NCBI GenBank assembly: GCA_015059095.1
Contig: SVBA01000010.1
Location: 30 to 64,029, forward strand
Length of the DNA stretch: 64,000 nt
Direction of reading: 5' to 3'
DNA from: Erysipelotrichaceae bacterium
GTDB taxonomy: Bacteria; Bacillota_I; Bacilli_A; RFN20; CAG-449
The position numbers were made by a program, and so were the translations under genes. Below the pieces are notes generated by a model that saw nothing but the letters and a program-made list of their open reading frames with translations, ran no database searches and had not been told where the DNA came from. Below, piece after piece: positions 8,917 to 18,460 of this stretch; position 1 is the stretch's first letter, and each line of letters begins with the position of its first letter.

Positions 8917-9728
8917 AATTTCCACGTTTAAAGAAGTTTTTAGCTAAATTCTACATATATCTAGTTCTTCTAGTTATGTATCTTCCTATATTAGTATTAA
9001 TGATTTTTAGTTTTTCTCCAAGTGATACTTTAGGTAACTGGGATGAAGGATTTAGTTTTGAATTATATGGAAGATTATTTAGAAATGAAGCACTAATGAC
9101 TGCGGTTGGAAATACGTTATTAATTGCCATTGTTTCTGCTATTGTATCTACTATTATTGGTACTTTAGGAGCAGTTGGGGTTTTCTATTCTAAAAAGAAA
9201 ACTAGAAAAACTGTTGAAACTATGACTCAACTTCCAGTTGTAAATGCCGAAATTGTTATGGCTCTATCTTTAGCAGTTGTATTTAAGACTTTAAATACTT
9301 CATATAGTTTCTTTACTTTATTAATTGGACATGTAGTATTAACAGTAGCATTTGTTTATTTGAATGTTAAACCTAAGTTAGTTCAAATGGATCCAAATAC
9401 TTATGAAGCAGCATTAGATTTAGGCTCAACTCCATGGTTTGCAATGTTTAAAGTTATTCTTCCAGAAATTCTTCCTGGTATTCTTTCAGGATTTATGATT
9501 GCGTTAACATTATCTTTAGATGATTTTGTATTAACTCAATATTTAAAAGAACCTTCTTTTGAAACAATCTCTACATATATTCAAAAGATTGTTACTAAAC
9601 ATCCAATTCCTGCTGAAGTACGTGCTTTAACTACTTTATTAGCTTTAGCGGTTTTTGCTTCTGTAATTTTAATTACAATTTACAACAATAAAAAAGCAAA
9701 TGTAGTTGTAAAAGGAAGGAGAAAATAA
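8910..9728 (+). CDS. potC: spermidine/putrescine ABC transporter permease
   Basis: TM permease with EAALDLGSTPWFAMFKVILP motif. Start overlaps the end of potB. Confidence 0.85.
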   Translation: MVKFPRLKKFLAKFYIYLVLLVMYLPILVLMIFSFSPSDTLGNWDEGFSFELYGRLFRNEALMTAVGNTLLIAIVSAIVSTIIGTLGAVGVFYSKKKTRKTVETMTQLPVVNAEIVMALSLAVVFKTLNTSYSFFTLLIGHVVLTVAFVYLNVKPKLVQMDPNTYEAALDLGSTPWFAMFKVILPEILPGILSGFMIALTLSLDDFVLTQYLKEPSFETISTYIQKIVTKHPIPAEVRALTTLLALAVFASVILITIYNNKKANVVVKGRRK

Positions 9729-9729
9729 G

Positions 9730-11487
9730 ATGAAAAAGTTAAATTTAATTTTACCTATTTTATTAATTTCTTCTTGCTTAGCTGGATGTTCTTCTTCTAA
9801 TAATGGAGAATATGAAGGTAAGACATTAACTATCTATAATTGTGAAGACTATATTGCTCAAGGTGATGATGCGCTTATTGATATTATTGGTGAGTTTGAA
9901 AAGAAGTATGGATGTAAAGTAAACTATTATACTTACGATACAAACGAAACAATGTATAATCAATTCTCATTACAAAAAGAAGGAACTTATGATTTAATTT
10001 GTGCCTCTGAATATATGGTTCAAAAAATGGTTAAAGAAGGTTTAGTTCAAAAGATGAACGACTATAATGTTTCTATTCCAAATTATGAAAAATATGCATC
10101 AAAAGAATTAAGAAATAAACTTAAAAATATGAAAGTTGTTACTGATAGTGATATCGAAGTAAATCTTGATGAATATGCAGTTGGATATATGTGGGGAACT
10201 TTAGGAATTATTTATGATCCTTCTTGTAGTGACACAATTAAAGAAGATGTTAAATCTTGGGATATTTTCTGGAATGAGAATTATAAAGATTTAATTTCTA
10301 TTAAGAATTCAATGCGTGATACTTATGTTGTTGGACTAATGCATGCTTATTCACAAAGTGAAGAGTTTAAAACTTTAAAAGAAGCATATTTAAATGATCC
10401 AAATGATGAAAATTGTAATGCGTATAATCAATTAGTTCAAAATATTTTTGATTTTAAATTAGATGGATCAAAAGAATCAGAAGAAGAAAACTATCAAAAA
10501 ATTTCAACAGTTAAAGAAGAATTAATTGCATTAAAAGATAATATCTTTGGTTTTGAAGTTGACTCTGGTAAAACTGATATTATAACTGGAAAAATTAAAA
10601 TGAATCTTGCTTGGTCCGGTGATGCTGTTTATTCTATTGATACTGCAATGGAAGAATCAGGAAAAACATTAGAATATTCTGTTCCTGAAGATGGAGGAAA
10701 TATTTGGTATGATGGTTGGACTATTCCTTATGGTGCAGATAAAGAATTAGCATATAAATTCTTAGATTTTATTTCTACTCCAGAAAATGCCGCTTCAAAT
10801 ATGGATTATATTGGATATACTCCATTTATTGTTGGTGATCAATTATTTGATTTGGCTTCATCTTGGTATGGTATTTCTGATTATTCTTCTACTTATCAAT
10901 ATAGTGAAGGTGAAACTTGTGTATATAGTGGTAAATTATATACTGCTATTCAAGATAGTGTTGGTAATATTCCTACTAATGATTCTTATTTTGAAGAAGC
11001 AATATTTGATTCTAGTAAAGAGTATTATTATGGTAATGTAGTTTCTTATAATGATGAATGGTATTCTTGTGAATATTATGATGAAAATGATGAGGATAAA
11101 GGTATTGTAAATTCATCTATTACTGATGAAGAAGTATGGGTTAAAATGGATAAAAAAGGATATGATATTTCTTATCTATTTGAAGGTACTTTAGAAGAAG
11201 GTAGAAGTGGAATTATTTATCCTTATGCAAGTAGTGCTAATCAATTACAAACTCAATATCCTTCAAAAGAAATATCTGCTAGATGTGCGATTATGAATGA
11301 TTTTGGTGAATATAATGCAGACGTCATTATTATGTGGGGACAAGTAAAGGCTTATACTGATATGACTCCTGTCTATGTATTCTTAGGTGTTATTGTTGTT
11401 ATTGCAATTGCATTGATTATTATTTCAATTATTAGAAAGAACTTATCAGCGCATTATAAAAGATTATTAATGAATAAAAAGAAATAA
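9730..11487 (+). CDS. potD: spermidine/putrescine-binding lipoprotein with a large insertion and a C-terminal TM anchor
   Basis: Lipobox LAGC. PotD/PotF-like SBP blocks (TIYNCEDYIA..., DLICASEYMV, NIWYDGWTIP). Length is 585 aa versus about 350 typical. C-terminal hydrophobic helix VYVFLGVIVVIAIALIIISII plus a basic tail. Confidence 0.8.
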   Translation: MKKLNLILPILLISSCLAGCSSSNNGEYEGKTLTIYNCEDYIAQGDDALIDIIGEFEKKYGCKVNYYTYDTNETMYNQFSLQKEGTYDLICASEYMVQKMVKEGLVQKMNDYNVSIPNYEKYASKELRNKLKNMKVVTDSDIEVNLDEYAVGYMWGTLGIIYDPSCSDTIKEDVKSWDIFWNENYKDLISIKNSMRDTYVVGLMHAYSQSEEFKTLKEAYLNDPNDENCNAYNQLVQNIFDFKLDGSKESEEENYQKISTVKEELIALKDNIFGFEVDSGKTDIITGKIKMNLAWSGDAVYSIDTAMEESGKTLEYSVPEDGGNIWYDGWTIPYGADKELAYKFLDFISTPENAASNMDYIGYTPFIVGDQLFDLASSWYGISDYSSTYQYSEGETCVYSGKLYTAIQDSVGNIPTNDSYFEEAIFDSSKEYYYGNVVSYNDEWYSCEYYDENDEDKGIVNSSITDEEVWVKMDKKGYDISYLFEGTLEEGRSGIIYPYASSANQLQTQYPSKEISARCAIMNDFGEYNADVIIMWGQVKAYTDMTPVYVFLGVIVVIAIALIIISIIRKNLSAHYKRLLMNKKK

Positions 11488-11496
11488 TATATAAGA

Positions 11497-11527
11497 AAGA
11501 CTAGATTAAATTCTAGTCTTTTTTTCT
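11497..11527 (+). terminator. rho-independent terminator after potD
   Basis: AAGACTAGA-ttaaat-TCTAGTCTT followed by TTTTTTCTT. Confidence 0.75.
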
Positions 11528-11568
11528 TAGTATACTATTTGATATAATTAATAAAAGAAGGTGGTTAT

Positions 11569-14028
11569 ATGCTTAATAATTATAATAGACATGTTATTAG
11601 TAGTCCTGAAGAGATGATTAAATTAGTTGAAAAAGGTGTTGTACCTTGGGTGATTGATGTTCCTATACATCTAGAATCTAAAATAAAGGAAACTATTAAT
11701 AAATATATAATTTATAAAAATGAACGTCATTGGAAAAAAGAGCGTTCTAAAAATCATGGTTATGCTTATTTAGAAACTTATTTATATTTAACAGGAAAAT
11801 ATGGATATGAAGTAGATTCATTATATGATACTTATTTTAATATGAAACGTATTAAGAAATTTCCAAGTTTTTGTTTCATGCTTGCTATACAAAATTCTTT
11901 AAGAGAAAGTAAACAAACTTGGAATGTAAGTTATATCTATAATATTTTAGAAAAAGGCGTTAAATTAAAAGATCCTGAATGTCTATATACAGTTGGAAGA
12001 ATGTATATGGAAGGAATGAAATATACTAAAAATATTAAAAAAGGTATTAAACTTTTATCATTAGCGGCAAAACAAAATCATCCTGGAGCATTATCTCTTC
12101 TTTCTAATTATTATTCAAATGGGATGTTAGTTAAACAAGACTTAAAGAAGGCAAATAAACTAATGGAAAAGGCTAAAGAAATAGGTATTGGAAATGATTT
12201 TTATTCGAAACATCCTAGTTTTGTTCCATTTTGGGAATTTATGGTTAGTGTAGATCCGGAAAATATATTATTTGATTCTATTTTAACTAAGGTAAGTAAA
12301 TTAACTCCTAATAAGAATGTGACATTTACTAAATTATCAGATATTGCAAAACATTATGGTGAGAGTCATAAAAATGTATCTTACAAGATTCCTATGGAAG
12401 ATAGGGAGAGATTATTTAATGAACTAAAAAATAAAGTAGATGAATTTAGAAATAATGATTATCCTTTTGAATATGAAAAGTATCTTTTAGGGTATATTAA
12501 TTTTTTAAATAATGGTTATGGATGTGAAAAAGATCCAAATGAAATATTTAAAACGGTTATGGACTTAGATTTTATTGGTTCACAAAAACACTATAATATT
12601 AAAGGAATTTGTTATGAACTAGGAATTGGAGTAGAAAAGAATATAGAGCTAGCTAAAGAATATCTTTTAAAGGCTAGTGAACTTCCTTCAACTCAATCAA
12701 TTGCTTTTATTAATTTATCCAAATTATTTAGAGATAAAAAAAATGGTGTTTATGATGAAAAATTGGCTTTTGATTATGCTTTAAAAGCTTTAGAAAGTGG
12801 TGATGTTAGATCCATAATCGAACTTGCAAATTGCTATATGTTTGGAGTTAATGTAAAGGCAGATGAATATAAGGCAATTAATTTATTAAGATATGGGGAT
12901 AAATTAAATTATTTACCTTCTTTAAAAACTTTAGGAATTAGTTTTTTATATGGTAGAGGGGCAATTATTAAAAGTATTAGAAGTGCGATTGATACACTTA
13001 AAAAATGTGTAGAAAAATATGATGATACAGAATCTATGTATTATTTAGGTTTAGCATATAAAGGAAATATGCAATATGATTTATCTTTTGAATGTTTTAC
13101 TAAGTGTGAAAAGAAAAATTTTAAAAAGGTATATTTAGAATTAGCGATTGCTTATGATCTTGGATTAGGTGTGAAAAAAGATCAATCTAAGGCTCTTCAT
13201 TATTATTCTAAAATTGAAGATGTAGAATCTTCTGGTGCTGCACTTAATAATTTAGGTGTTATGTATAAATTAGGAAAAAGTGTACCAAAAGATTATGATA
13301 AAGCTTTCTACTACTATAAAAAAGCATATGAATTAAAAGTAAATCAAGCATATAAGAATTTGGCGAATTGTTATTTTGAAGGAATAGGAACAGAAGTTAA
13401 TATTAATAGAGGATTTGAAATTCTTGATGAAGGAATTAAAGATAATGTTTCTTCTTGTTATATAAGATATGGATATATTTATGAAAAAGGGTTATACGGC
13501 ATAACAGTAGATACTAAAAAAGCATTTGATTATTATTCTAAAGCTGTTGAATTGAAAGATCCTGATGGATATTATTTTTTAGCATGGTGCTACAATAAAG
13601 GTATTGGTTGTATTAAGAGTGATTACAACTTTATTAATTATTTGAAACTAGCAGATAAGAATGGTTATCGAGAAATTAATTATGCATTTGGCTTTGCTTA
13701 TTACTTTGGAGTAGGTGTTAGTAAAGATTATAAAGAAGCAGATAAATATTTGAAAAAGTCAATTGAAAATTGTGAAGGATATGATGCGAATTGTTATGGT
13801 ATTTTAGGTCATATATATGAGATTTTTTATAAGGATGGACATGCTGCTTTTCAATATTATAAAAAAGCTGCAGATTTAGATCATTCTTATGGCCATCTAG
13901 CTCTGGGAACTTGTTATTTTAATGGAATAGGCTGCATTAAAGATTTAGCTTTGGCTAGAGTTCATTGGAAAAAAGCAGTTGAATTAGGTGATAACAGAGC
14001 AAAAGATTTTTTAGAAAAATATAGATAA
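11569..14028 (+). CDS. Sel1/TPR-like repeat protein (819 aa) with a unique N-terminal domain of about 180 aa
   Basis: More than ten Sel1-type repeats (for example AALNNLGVMYKLGKSVPKDYDKAFYYYKKAYEL; YYLGLAYKG...). No signal peptide. SD AAGAAGGTGG before ATG 11569. Confidence 0.7.
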   Translation: MLNNYNRHVISSPEEMIKLVEKGVVPWVIDVPIHLESKIKETINKYIIYKNERHWKKERSKNHGYAYLETYLYLTGKYGYEVDSLYDTYFNMKRIKKFPSFCFMLAIQNSLRESKQTWNVSYIYNILEKGVKLKDPECLYTVGRMYMEGMKYTKNIKKGIKLLSLAAKQNHPGALSLLSNYYSNGMLVKQDLKKANKLMEKAKEIGIGNDFYSKHPSFVPFWEFMVSVDPENILFDSILTKVSKLTPNKNVTFTKLSDIAKHYGESHKNVSYKIPMEDRERLFNELKNKVDEFRNNDYPFEYEKYLLGYINFLNNGYGCEKDPNEIFKTVMDLDFIGSQKHYNIKGICYELGIGVEKNIELAKEYLLKASELPSTQSIAFINLSKLFRDKKNGVYDEKLAFDYALKALESGDVRSIIELANCYMFGVNVKADEYKAINLLRYGDKLNYLPSLKTLGISFLYGRGAIIKSIRSAIDTLKKCVEKYDDTESMYYLGLAYKGNMQYDLSFECFTKCEKKNFKKVYLELAIAYDLGLGVKKDQSKALHYYSKIEDVESSGAALNNLGVMYKLGKSVPKDYDKAFYYYKKAYELKVNQAYKNLANCYFEGIGTEVNINRGFEILDEGIKDNVSSCYIRYGYIYEKGLYGITVDTKKAFDYYSKAVELKDPDGYYFLAWCYNKGIGCIKSDYNFINYLKLADKNGYREINYAFGFAYYFGVGVSKDYKEADKYLKKSIENCEGYDANCYGILGHIYEIFYKDGHAAFQYYKKAADLDHSYGHLALGTCYFNGIGCIKDLALARVHWKKAVELGDNRAKDFLEKYR

Positions 14029-14058
14029 GATAGAATTAATTTCTATCTTTTTTATTTT
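14029..14058 (+). terminator. rho-independent terminator after the Sel1 gene
   Basis: GATAGAA-ttaat-TTCTATC followed by TTTTTTATTTT. Confidence 0.7.
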
Positions 14059-14080
14059 GATAAATCGGCGATTTTATATC

Positions 14081-14122
14081 AACTCTACTGTGAGTAGAGT
14101 TACTTTTACTCAAAGTAGAGTT
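14081..14122. repeat. palindromic repeat element, copy 2 (AACTCTACT-GTG-AGTAGAGTT plus a third half-site AGTAGAGTT 21 bp downstream)
   Basis: Perfect 9-bp inverted repeat at 14081-14101. An additional direct copy of the right arm lies at 14114-14122, two helical turns away. Confidence 0.55.
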
Positions 14123-14243
14123 AAAAAATTGGTCAGTTTACTTCATTTTTTACTTAGGAGAATTGATATATTAATTAGTAGGTTTAACTTTCATATACGT
14201 GTTCATATAATAAACTTGTAAATTGAATTTAAGGAGGTTTATT

Positions 14244-15203
14244 ATGAAAAAAGTTATACCATTATTCTTTGCAGTTGATGACAATTATGCTAAATTCTTA
14301 GTTATTACTTTAGAGTCGATTTTTGAAAATGCATCTAAAGATTATAAGTATGATGTAGTTGTCTTAAATACTGGATTAAAAGAAGAATCAAAAAATTTAA
14401 TTAAAAAATATAGTTCGGAAGATGTTAATATTATCTTCTTTGATGTTAGACATAAATTGCAATTAATTTCTCAAGATTTATCTATTAGAGATTATTATTC
14501 TAAAGCAACATATTATAGATTATTTATCGCAGATCTATTTCCTCAATATGAAAAAGCTTTATATTTAGATTGTGATATAGTGGTTCTAGGAGATATTTCT
14601 AAATTATATAATCATGATTTAAAGAATAATTTGGTGGGTGCAATTCCTGATGGAGCAGTTCAGTTAACAGAAGAATTTATAGAATACGTAAATAAAGGTT
14701 TAGGAATTAAAGAAGAAAATTATTTTAATGCCGGTGTATTATTAATGAATCTTAGTGAATTTAGAAGAACTGATTTAGAAGGAAGATTTATCAAATTATT
14801 AAAACAATATACATTTGAAATTGCACAAGACCAAGATTATTTAAATGTATTAACAAAGGATCATGTTTTATATATTGATGATTCATGGAATGTGATGCCT
14901 TTAGGAAATTATGTTAAACCAGTAAATTTAATTCATTATAATTTATCATTTAAACCTTGGAAGTATGATCATATCCAATATGAAGAATATTTTTGGGAAT
15001 ATGCTAAAAAAGCTGGAGTAATAGATAGTATTTTAGATATTAAAAATTCTTTTTCTCTTGAAGATGCAAAAAAGGATAAAAGAGGTGGAATTTTATTAAA
15101 ACAGAATGCACTTTATGAAGCTTATAGTAAATCTAATTATTATAATAGATATGTAAGGTATCATAAGATTAAAAATATATTTAAAAAATTATTTTCTTTT
15201 TAA
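14244..15203 (+). CDS. glycosyltransferase family 8 protein (GspA/LPS alpha-1,3-glycosyltransferase-like)
   Basis: IPLFFAVDDNYAKFLVITLESIFENAS...YLDCDIVVLGDISKLY...NAGVLLMNL are GT8 motifs including DxD. SD AAGGAGG before ATG 14244. The ORF-track start at 14223 is TTG. Confidence 0.8.
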   Translation: MKKVIPLFFAVDDNYAKFLVITLESIFENASKDYKYDVVVLNTGLKEESKNLIKKYSSEDVNIIFFDVRHKLQLISQDLSIRDYYSKATYYRLFIADLFPQYEKALYLDCDIVVLGDISKLYNHDLKNNLVGAIPDGAVQLTEEFIEYVNKGLGIKEENYFNAGVLLMNLSEFRRTDLEGRFIKLLKQYTFEIAQDQDYLNVLTKDHVLYIDDSWNVMPLGNYVKPVNLIHYNLSFKPWKYDHIQYEEYFWEYAKKAGVIDSILDIKNSFSLEDAKKDKRGGILLKQNALYEAYSKSNYYNRYVRYHKIKNIFKKLFSF

Positions 15204-15207
15204 AAAG

Positions 15208-15246
15208 AAGTCCTAGATAAACATAATTTATTTAGGACTTTTTTAT
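15208..15246 (+). terminator. rho-independent terminator after the GT8 gene
   Basis: Long stem AAGTCCTAGATAAA-cataa-TTTATTTAGGACTT followed by TTTTTAT. Confidence 0.7.
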
Positions 15247-15388
15247 CGATAAAATTTTATTTTATTTTAGGAATGATTCCTAAAAACGTACTTTTATTTT
15301 TTTATTATTGAATAATATATATATTAATGTTAAAATCACTTATGGTTAACATAAATATTTATTTATATTAACCACTTGAGGTGATAAA

Positions 15389-16105
15389 ATGTTAGGACGA
15401 ATTCATTCAATTGAAACATTTGGAACTGTTGATGGTCCAGGCATTAGATTTGTATTATTTCTTAAAGGTTGTCCATTAAGATGCCTATATTGCCATAATC
15501 CAGATACTTGGGGAATGGAAGGGGCAATTACAATGGAAGCTAGTGAAATAATAGAAAAAGTTCTTAAGTATAAAAATTATTATAAAAACGGTGGATTAAC
15601 GATTAGTGGTGGTGAACCTTTAGTTCAAATTGACTTCTTAATTGAAGTTTGTAAACTTGCTAAAGAAAATAAAATTCATACTGCAGTTGATACATCTGGA
15701 ATCACATTTAATTTTAATGATACATCTAAATTTGACGAGTTAATTAAGTATGTTGACTTATTTTTATTAGACATCAAACATATAAATGAAGAAAAATGTA
15801 TTAAATTAACAGGTAAATCTAATATTAATACTTTAGAATTTGCTAGATATTTAGATAGAAATAATAAAAAAATGTGGATTAGACAAGTTTTACTTCCTGG
15901 TTATACTTCTTCTAAAAATGATTTAATGAAAACTAAAGAGTTTATTAAAACATTAAAAAATGTCGAAAAAATTGAAGTGTTACCATATCATACTATGGGT
16001 GAAGTAAAATATAAAAATTTAAATATTCCATATCCTTTAAAAGGTGTTGATACTCCTAGTAAAGAGTTAGTTTTGGAAGCTAATAAGATATTAAAAGGAG
16101 AATAG
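15389..16105 (+). CDS. pflA: pyruvate formate-lyase activating enzyme (radical SAM)
   Basis: GRIHSIETFGTVDGPGIRFVLFLKGCPLRCLYCHNPDTW shows the CxxxCxxC radical-SAM cluster and an N-terminus typical of PFL-AE. Confidence 0.9.
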   Translation: MLGRIHSIETFGTVDGPGIRFVLFLKGCPLRCLYCHNPDTWGMEGAITMEASEIIEKVLKYKNYYKNGGLTISGGEPLVQIDFLIEVCKLAKENKIHTAVDTSGITFNFNDTSKFDELIKYVDLFLLDIKHINEEKCIKLTGKSNINTLEFARYLDRNNKKMWIRQVLLPGYTSSKNDLMKTKEFIKTLKNVEKIEVLPYHTMGEVKYKNLNIPYPLKGVDTPSKELVLEANKILKGE

Positions 16106-16107
16106 TT

Positions 16108-16398
16108 ATGGAAAAAAGAATAAAAGTAATTGAATTTAGTGGTGAAAGCTGTGCGAATTGTTATTCGCTTATGCCTATTCTTTATTCATTAGTTAGTTCA
16201 TATGATGATGTAGATTTAAAACATATTGAAGTAAGTGAAGAAAGCATGGAAGTAGTTGCTAAATATGAAATTGATCGCGTTCCTACAATATTAATTTTAA
16301 AAGATGAAGTTGAAGTAGGAAGGTGTAGAGGCTATCAACCAGAAGAAATTCTTGCTATATGGTTAGATAGTAAAATTGAAGATGCAAGAAAGAAGTAG
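16108..16398 (+). CDS. small thioredoxin-fold protein with an atypical CANC active-site motif, embedded in the pfl operon
   Basis: IKVIEFSGESCANCYSLMPIL...DRVPTILILKDEVEVGR aligns to the thioredoxin fold (beta1-CxxC-alpha1, cis-Pro region VPT). SD AAAAGGAG before the ATG. Confidence 0.65.
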   Translation: MEKRIKVIEFSGESCANCYSLMPILYSLVSSYDDVDLKHIEVSEESMEVVAKYEIDRVPTILILKDEVEVGRCRGYQPEEILAIWLDSKIEDARKK

Positions 16399-16413
16399 AA
16401 GTAGGAGAGAATT

Positions 16414-18444
16414 ATGAAATATATTGAGTGGCAAGGTTTCATTCCAGGAAAATGGAGTAATGATGAAGTTGATGTTCGTGATTTTATACAAAAAAACTAT
16501 ACTCCTTATGAAGGTGATGGTTCGTTTTTAAAACCTGCGACAGAAGCAACAAAAAAACTTTGGGATGAAATATTAGAATTATCAAGAAAAGAAAGAGAAG
16601 CAGGTGGTGTTTTAGATGCTGATACTTCAGTTGTTTCAAATTTAACATCTCATGCTCCTGGATATATTGATAAAGATTTAGAAAAAATAGTAGGTTTACA
16701 AACTGATAAACCGTTTAAAAGAGCCTTACAACCTTTTGGTGGTATTAAAATGGCAGAACAAGCTTTAAGCCTTTATGGATATCAAATTGATCCAGAAATT
16801 AAACATATTTTTACTAACTACAGAAAAACTCATAATGATGGAGTATTTGATGTTTATACTCCAGAGATGAGATTAGCTAGAAGAGCGCATATTTTAACAG
16901 GTTTACCAGATGCTTATGGTAGAGGTAGAATTATTGGTGACTATAGAAGAGTAGCTTTATATGGTGTTGATTATTTAATTAAGCAAAAAGAAGAAGATAA
17001 ATCTTTAATCGATGGAGAAATGACTCCAGAAAAAATTAGAAATAGAGAAGAAATTGCTGATCAAATTAAAGCTTTAAAAAGATTAAAATTAATGGCAGAA
17101 TCTTATGGATGTGATATTTCTAAACCTGCAGGAACGGCTAAAGAAGCAATTCAAGCAACTTATTTTGGTTATTTAGGTGCAATTAAAGATCAAAATGGAG
17201 CAGCTATGTCAATTGGTAGAATTTCCACATTCTTAGATATTTATATTCAAAGAGATCTAGATAATGGGTTAATTGATGAAACAGAAGCTCAAGAGTTAAT
17301 TGATCATTTAGTAATGAAATTAAGAATTGTTAAATTTATGAGAATTCAATCGTATAATGAATTATTCTCTGGTGATCCAACTTGGGTTACTGAAGCTATT
17401 GGTGGTATGGGAGTTGATGGAAGAACTTTAGTTACTAAAAACTCATTCCGTATCTTACATACATTAAGAAACTTAGGACCTGCTCCAGAACCAAATTTAA
17501 CAGTATTATGGAGTAAGAATTTACCTCTTAATTTCAAAAGATTCTGTGCTCAATTATCTATTGATACTTCTTCAGTTCAATATGAATCAGATGATTTAAT
17601 GAGACCAGAAATGGGAGATGATTATGCAATTGCGTGTTGTGTATCTGCAATGAGAGTAGGTAAAGATATGCAATTCTTTGGTGCAAGAGCTAACTTGGCA
17701 AAATGTTTATTATACGCATTAAATGGTGGTGCTGATGAAATGATGCTTGATAAAGAAACAGGTAAACCATTACAAGTTTCTCCAGTATATGCAAGAGTAA
17801 CTTCTGATGAAGCTTTAGATTATAATGATGTTATTCAAAAATTCGAACAAATGACTGAATGGTTAGCAGGTGTATATGTAAATGTATTAAATATCATTCA
17901 CTATATGCACGATAAATATGCTTATGAAGCTATTGAAATGGCTCTTCATGATTCTGAAGTAAGAAGATTCTTTGCAACAGGTATTGCTGGATTAAGTTGT
18001 GCTGCTGACTCATTAAGTGCAATTAAATATGCGAAAGTATATCCTATTAGAAATGAACATGGTATCATCGTCGATTTTAAAACAGAAGGTGATTTCCCAA
18101 AATATGGTAATAATGATGATCGAGTAGATTCTATTGCAGTATATTTAGTTAAATCATTTATGAATAAGATTAAAAAACATTTCTCTTATAGAGAAAGTGT
18201 AAAAACTATGTCAATTCTTACTATTACTTCTAACGTAGTATATGGTAAAAATACTGGTAATACTCCAGATGGAAGAAGAGCAGGTGAAGCTTTAGCTCCT
18301 GGAGCAAATCCAATGCATGGTAGAGATAGTAATGGTGCATTAGCATCTCTTGAATCAGTAGCAAAATTACCTTATAGCTATTCTAGAGATGGTATCTCAA
18401 ATACATTCTCAATTACACCTAACTCATTAGGTAAAGATGATTAA
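16414..18444 (+). CDS. pflB: pyruvate formate-lyase catalytic chain, lacking the C-terminal glycyl-radical domain, which is encoded separately
   Basis: Near-colinear with E. coli PflB from [15 protein letters not shown] through the active site CCVS...ANPMHGRD to [11 protein letters not shown]. It ends with TAA at 18442-18444, where canonical PflB continues for about 80 more residues. Confidence 0.95.
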   Translation: MKYIEWQGFIPGKWSNDEVDVRDFIQKNYTPYEGDGSFLKPATEATKKLWDEILELSRKEREAGGVLDADTSVVSNLTSHAPGYIDKDLEKIVGLQTDKPFKRALQPFGGIKMAEQALSLYGYQIDPEIKHIFTNYRKTHNDGVFDVYTPEMRLARRAHILTGLPDAYGRGRIIGDYRRVALYGVDYLIKQKEEDKSLIDGEMTPEKIRNREEIADQIKALKRLKLMAESYGCDISKPAGTAKEAIQATYFGYLGAIKDQNGAAMSIGRISTFLDIYIQRDLDNGLIDETEAQELIDHLVMKLRIVKFMRIQSYNELFSGDPTWVTEAIGGMGVDGRTLVTKNSFRILHTLRNLGPAPEPNLTVLWSKNLPLNFKRFCAQLSIDTSSVQYESDDLMRPEMGDDYAIACCVSAMRVGKDMQFFGARANLAKCLLYALNGGADEMMLDKETGKPLQVSPVYARVTSDEALDYNDVIQKFEQMTEWLAGVYVNVLNIIHYMHDKYAYEAIEMALHDSEVRRFFATGIAGLSCAADSLSAIKYAKVYPIRNEHGIIVDFKTEGDFPKYGNNDDRVDSIAVYLVKSFMNKIKKHFSYRESVKTMSILTITSNVVYGKNTGNTPDGRRAGEALAPGANPMHGRDSNGALASLESVAKLPYSYSRDGISNTFSITPNSLGKDD

Positions 18445-18460
18445 GAAAGGAAGGTTAATT

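Noticed and set aside
10787-11041. 84-aa ORF inside potD (+ strand, other frame), and the other short embedded ORFs at 17346-17537, 19558-19749, 21935-22117, 30363-30548, 31285-31485, 36318-36524, 36732-36959, 37595-37783, 37979-38245, 39417-39629, 40445-40645, 42169-42453, 49098-49385, 49788-50006, 51570-51818, 53103-53321, 56509-56697 and 60906-61124
   Set aside because: All are fully embedded in, or antisense to, well-supported longer genes. They have low-complexity I/L/N-rich translations typical of AT-rich off-frames and lack SD sequences.
15300-15388. Rex (TTGTGAA-N4-TTCACAA) or FNR box upstream of pflA around ATGGTTAACATAAAT
   Set aside because: Only one half-site is approximated (TGGTTAA). 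The partner half is absent, so it is not reported as a site.
18437-18460. Alternative start (ATG 18437, MIKKGRLIM...) or programmed +1 frameshift for the PFL glycyl-radical chain
   Set aside because: ATG 18437 overlaps the pflB stop and has no SD, whereas ATG 18461 has a perfect GAAAGGAAGG at 6-nt spacing. No slippery heptamer is evident. Separate initiation is the simpler reading.
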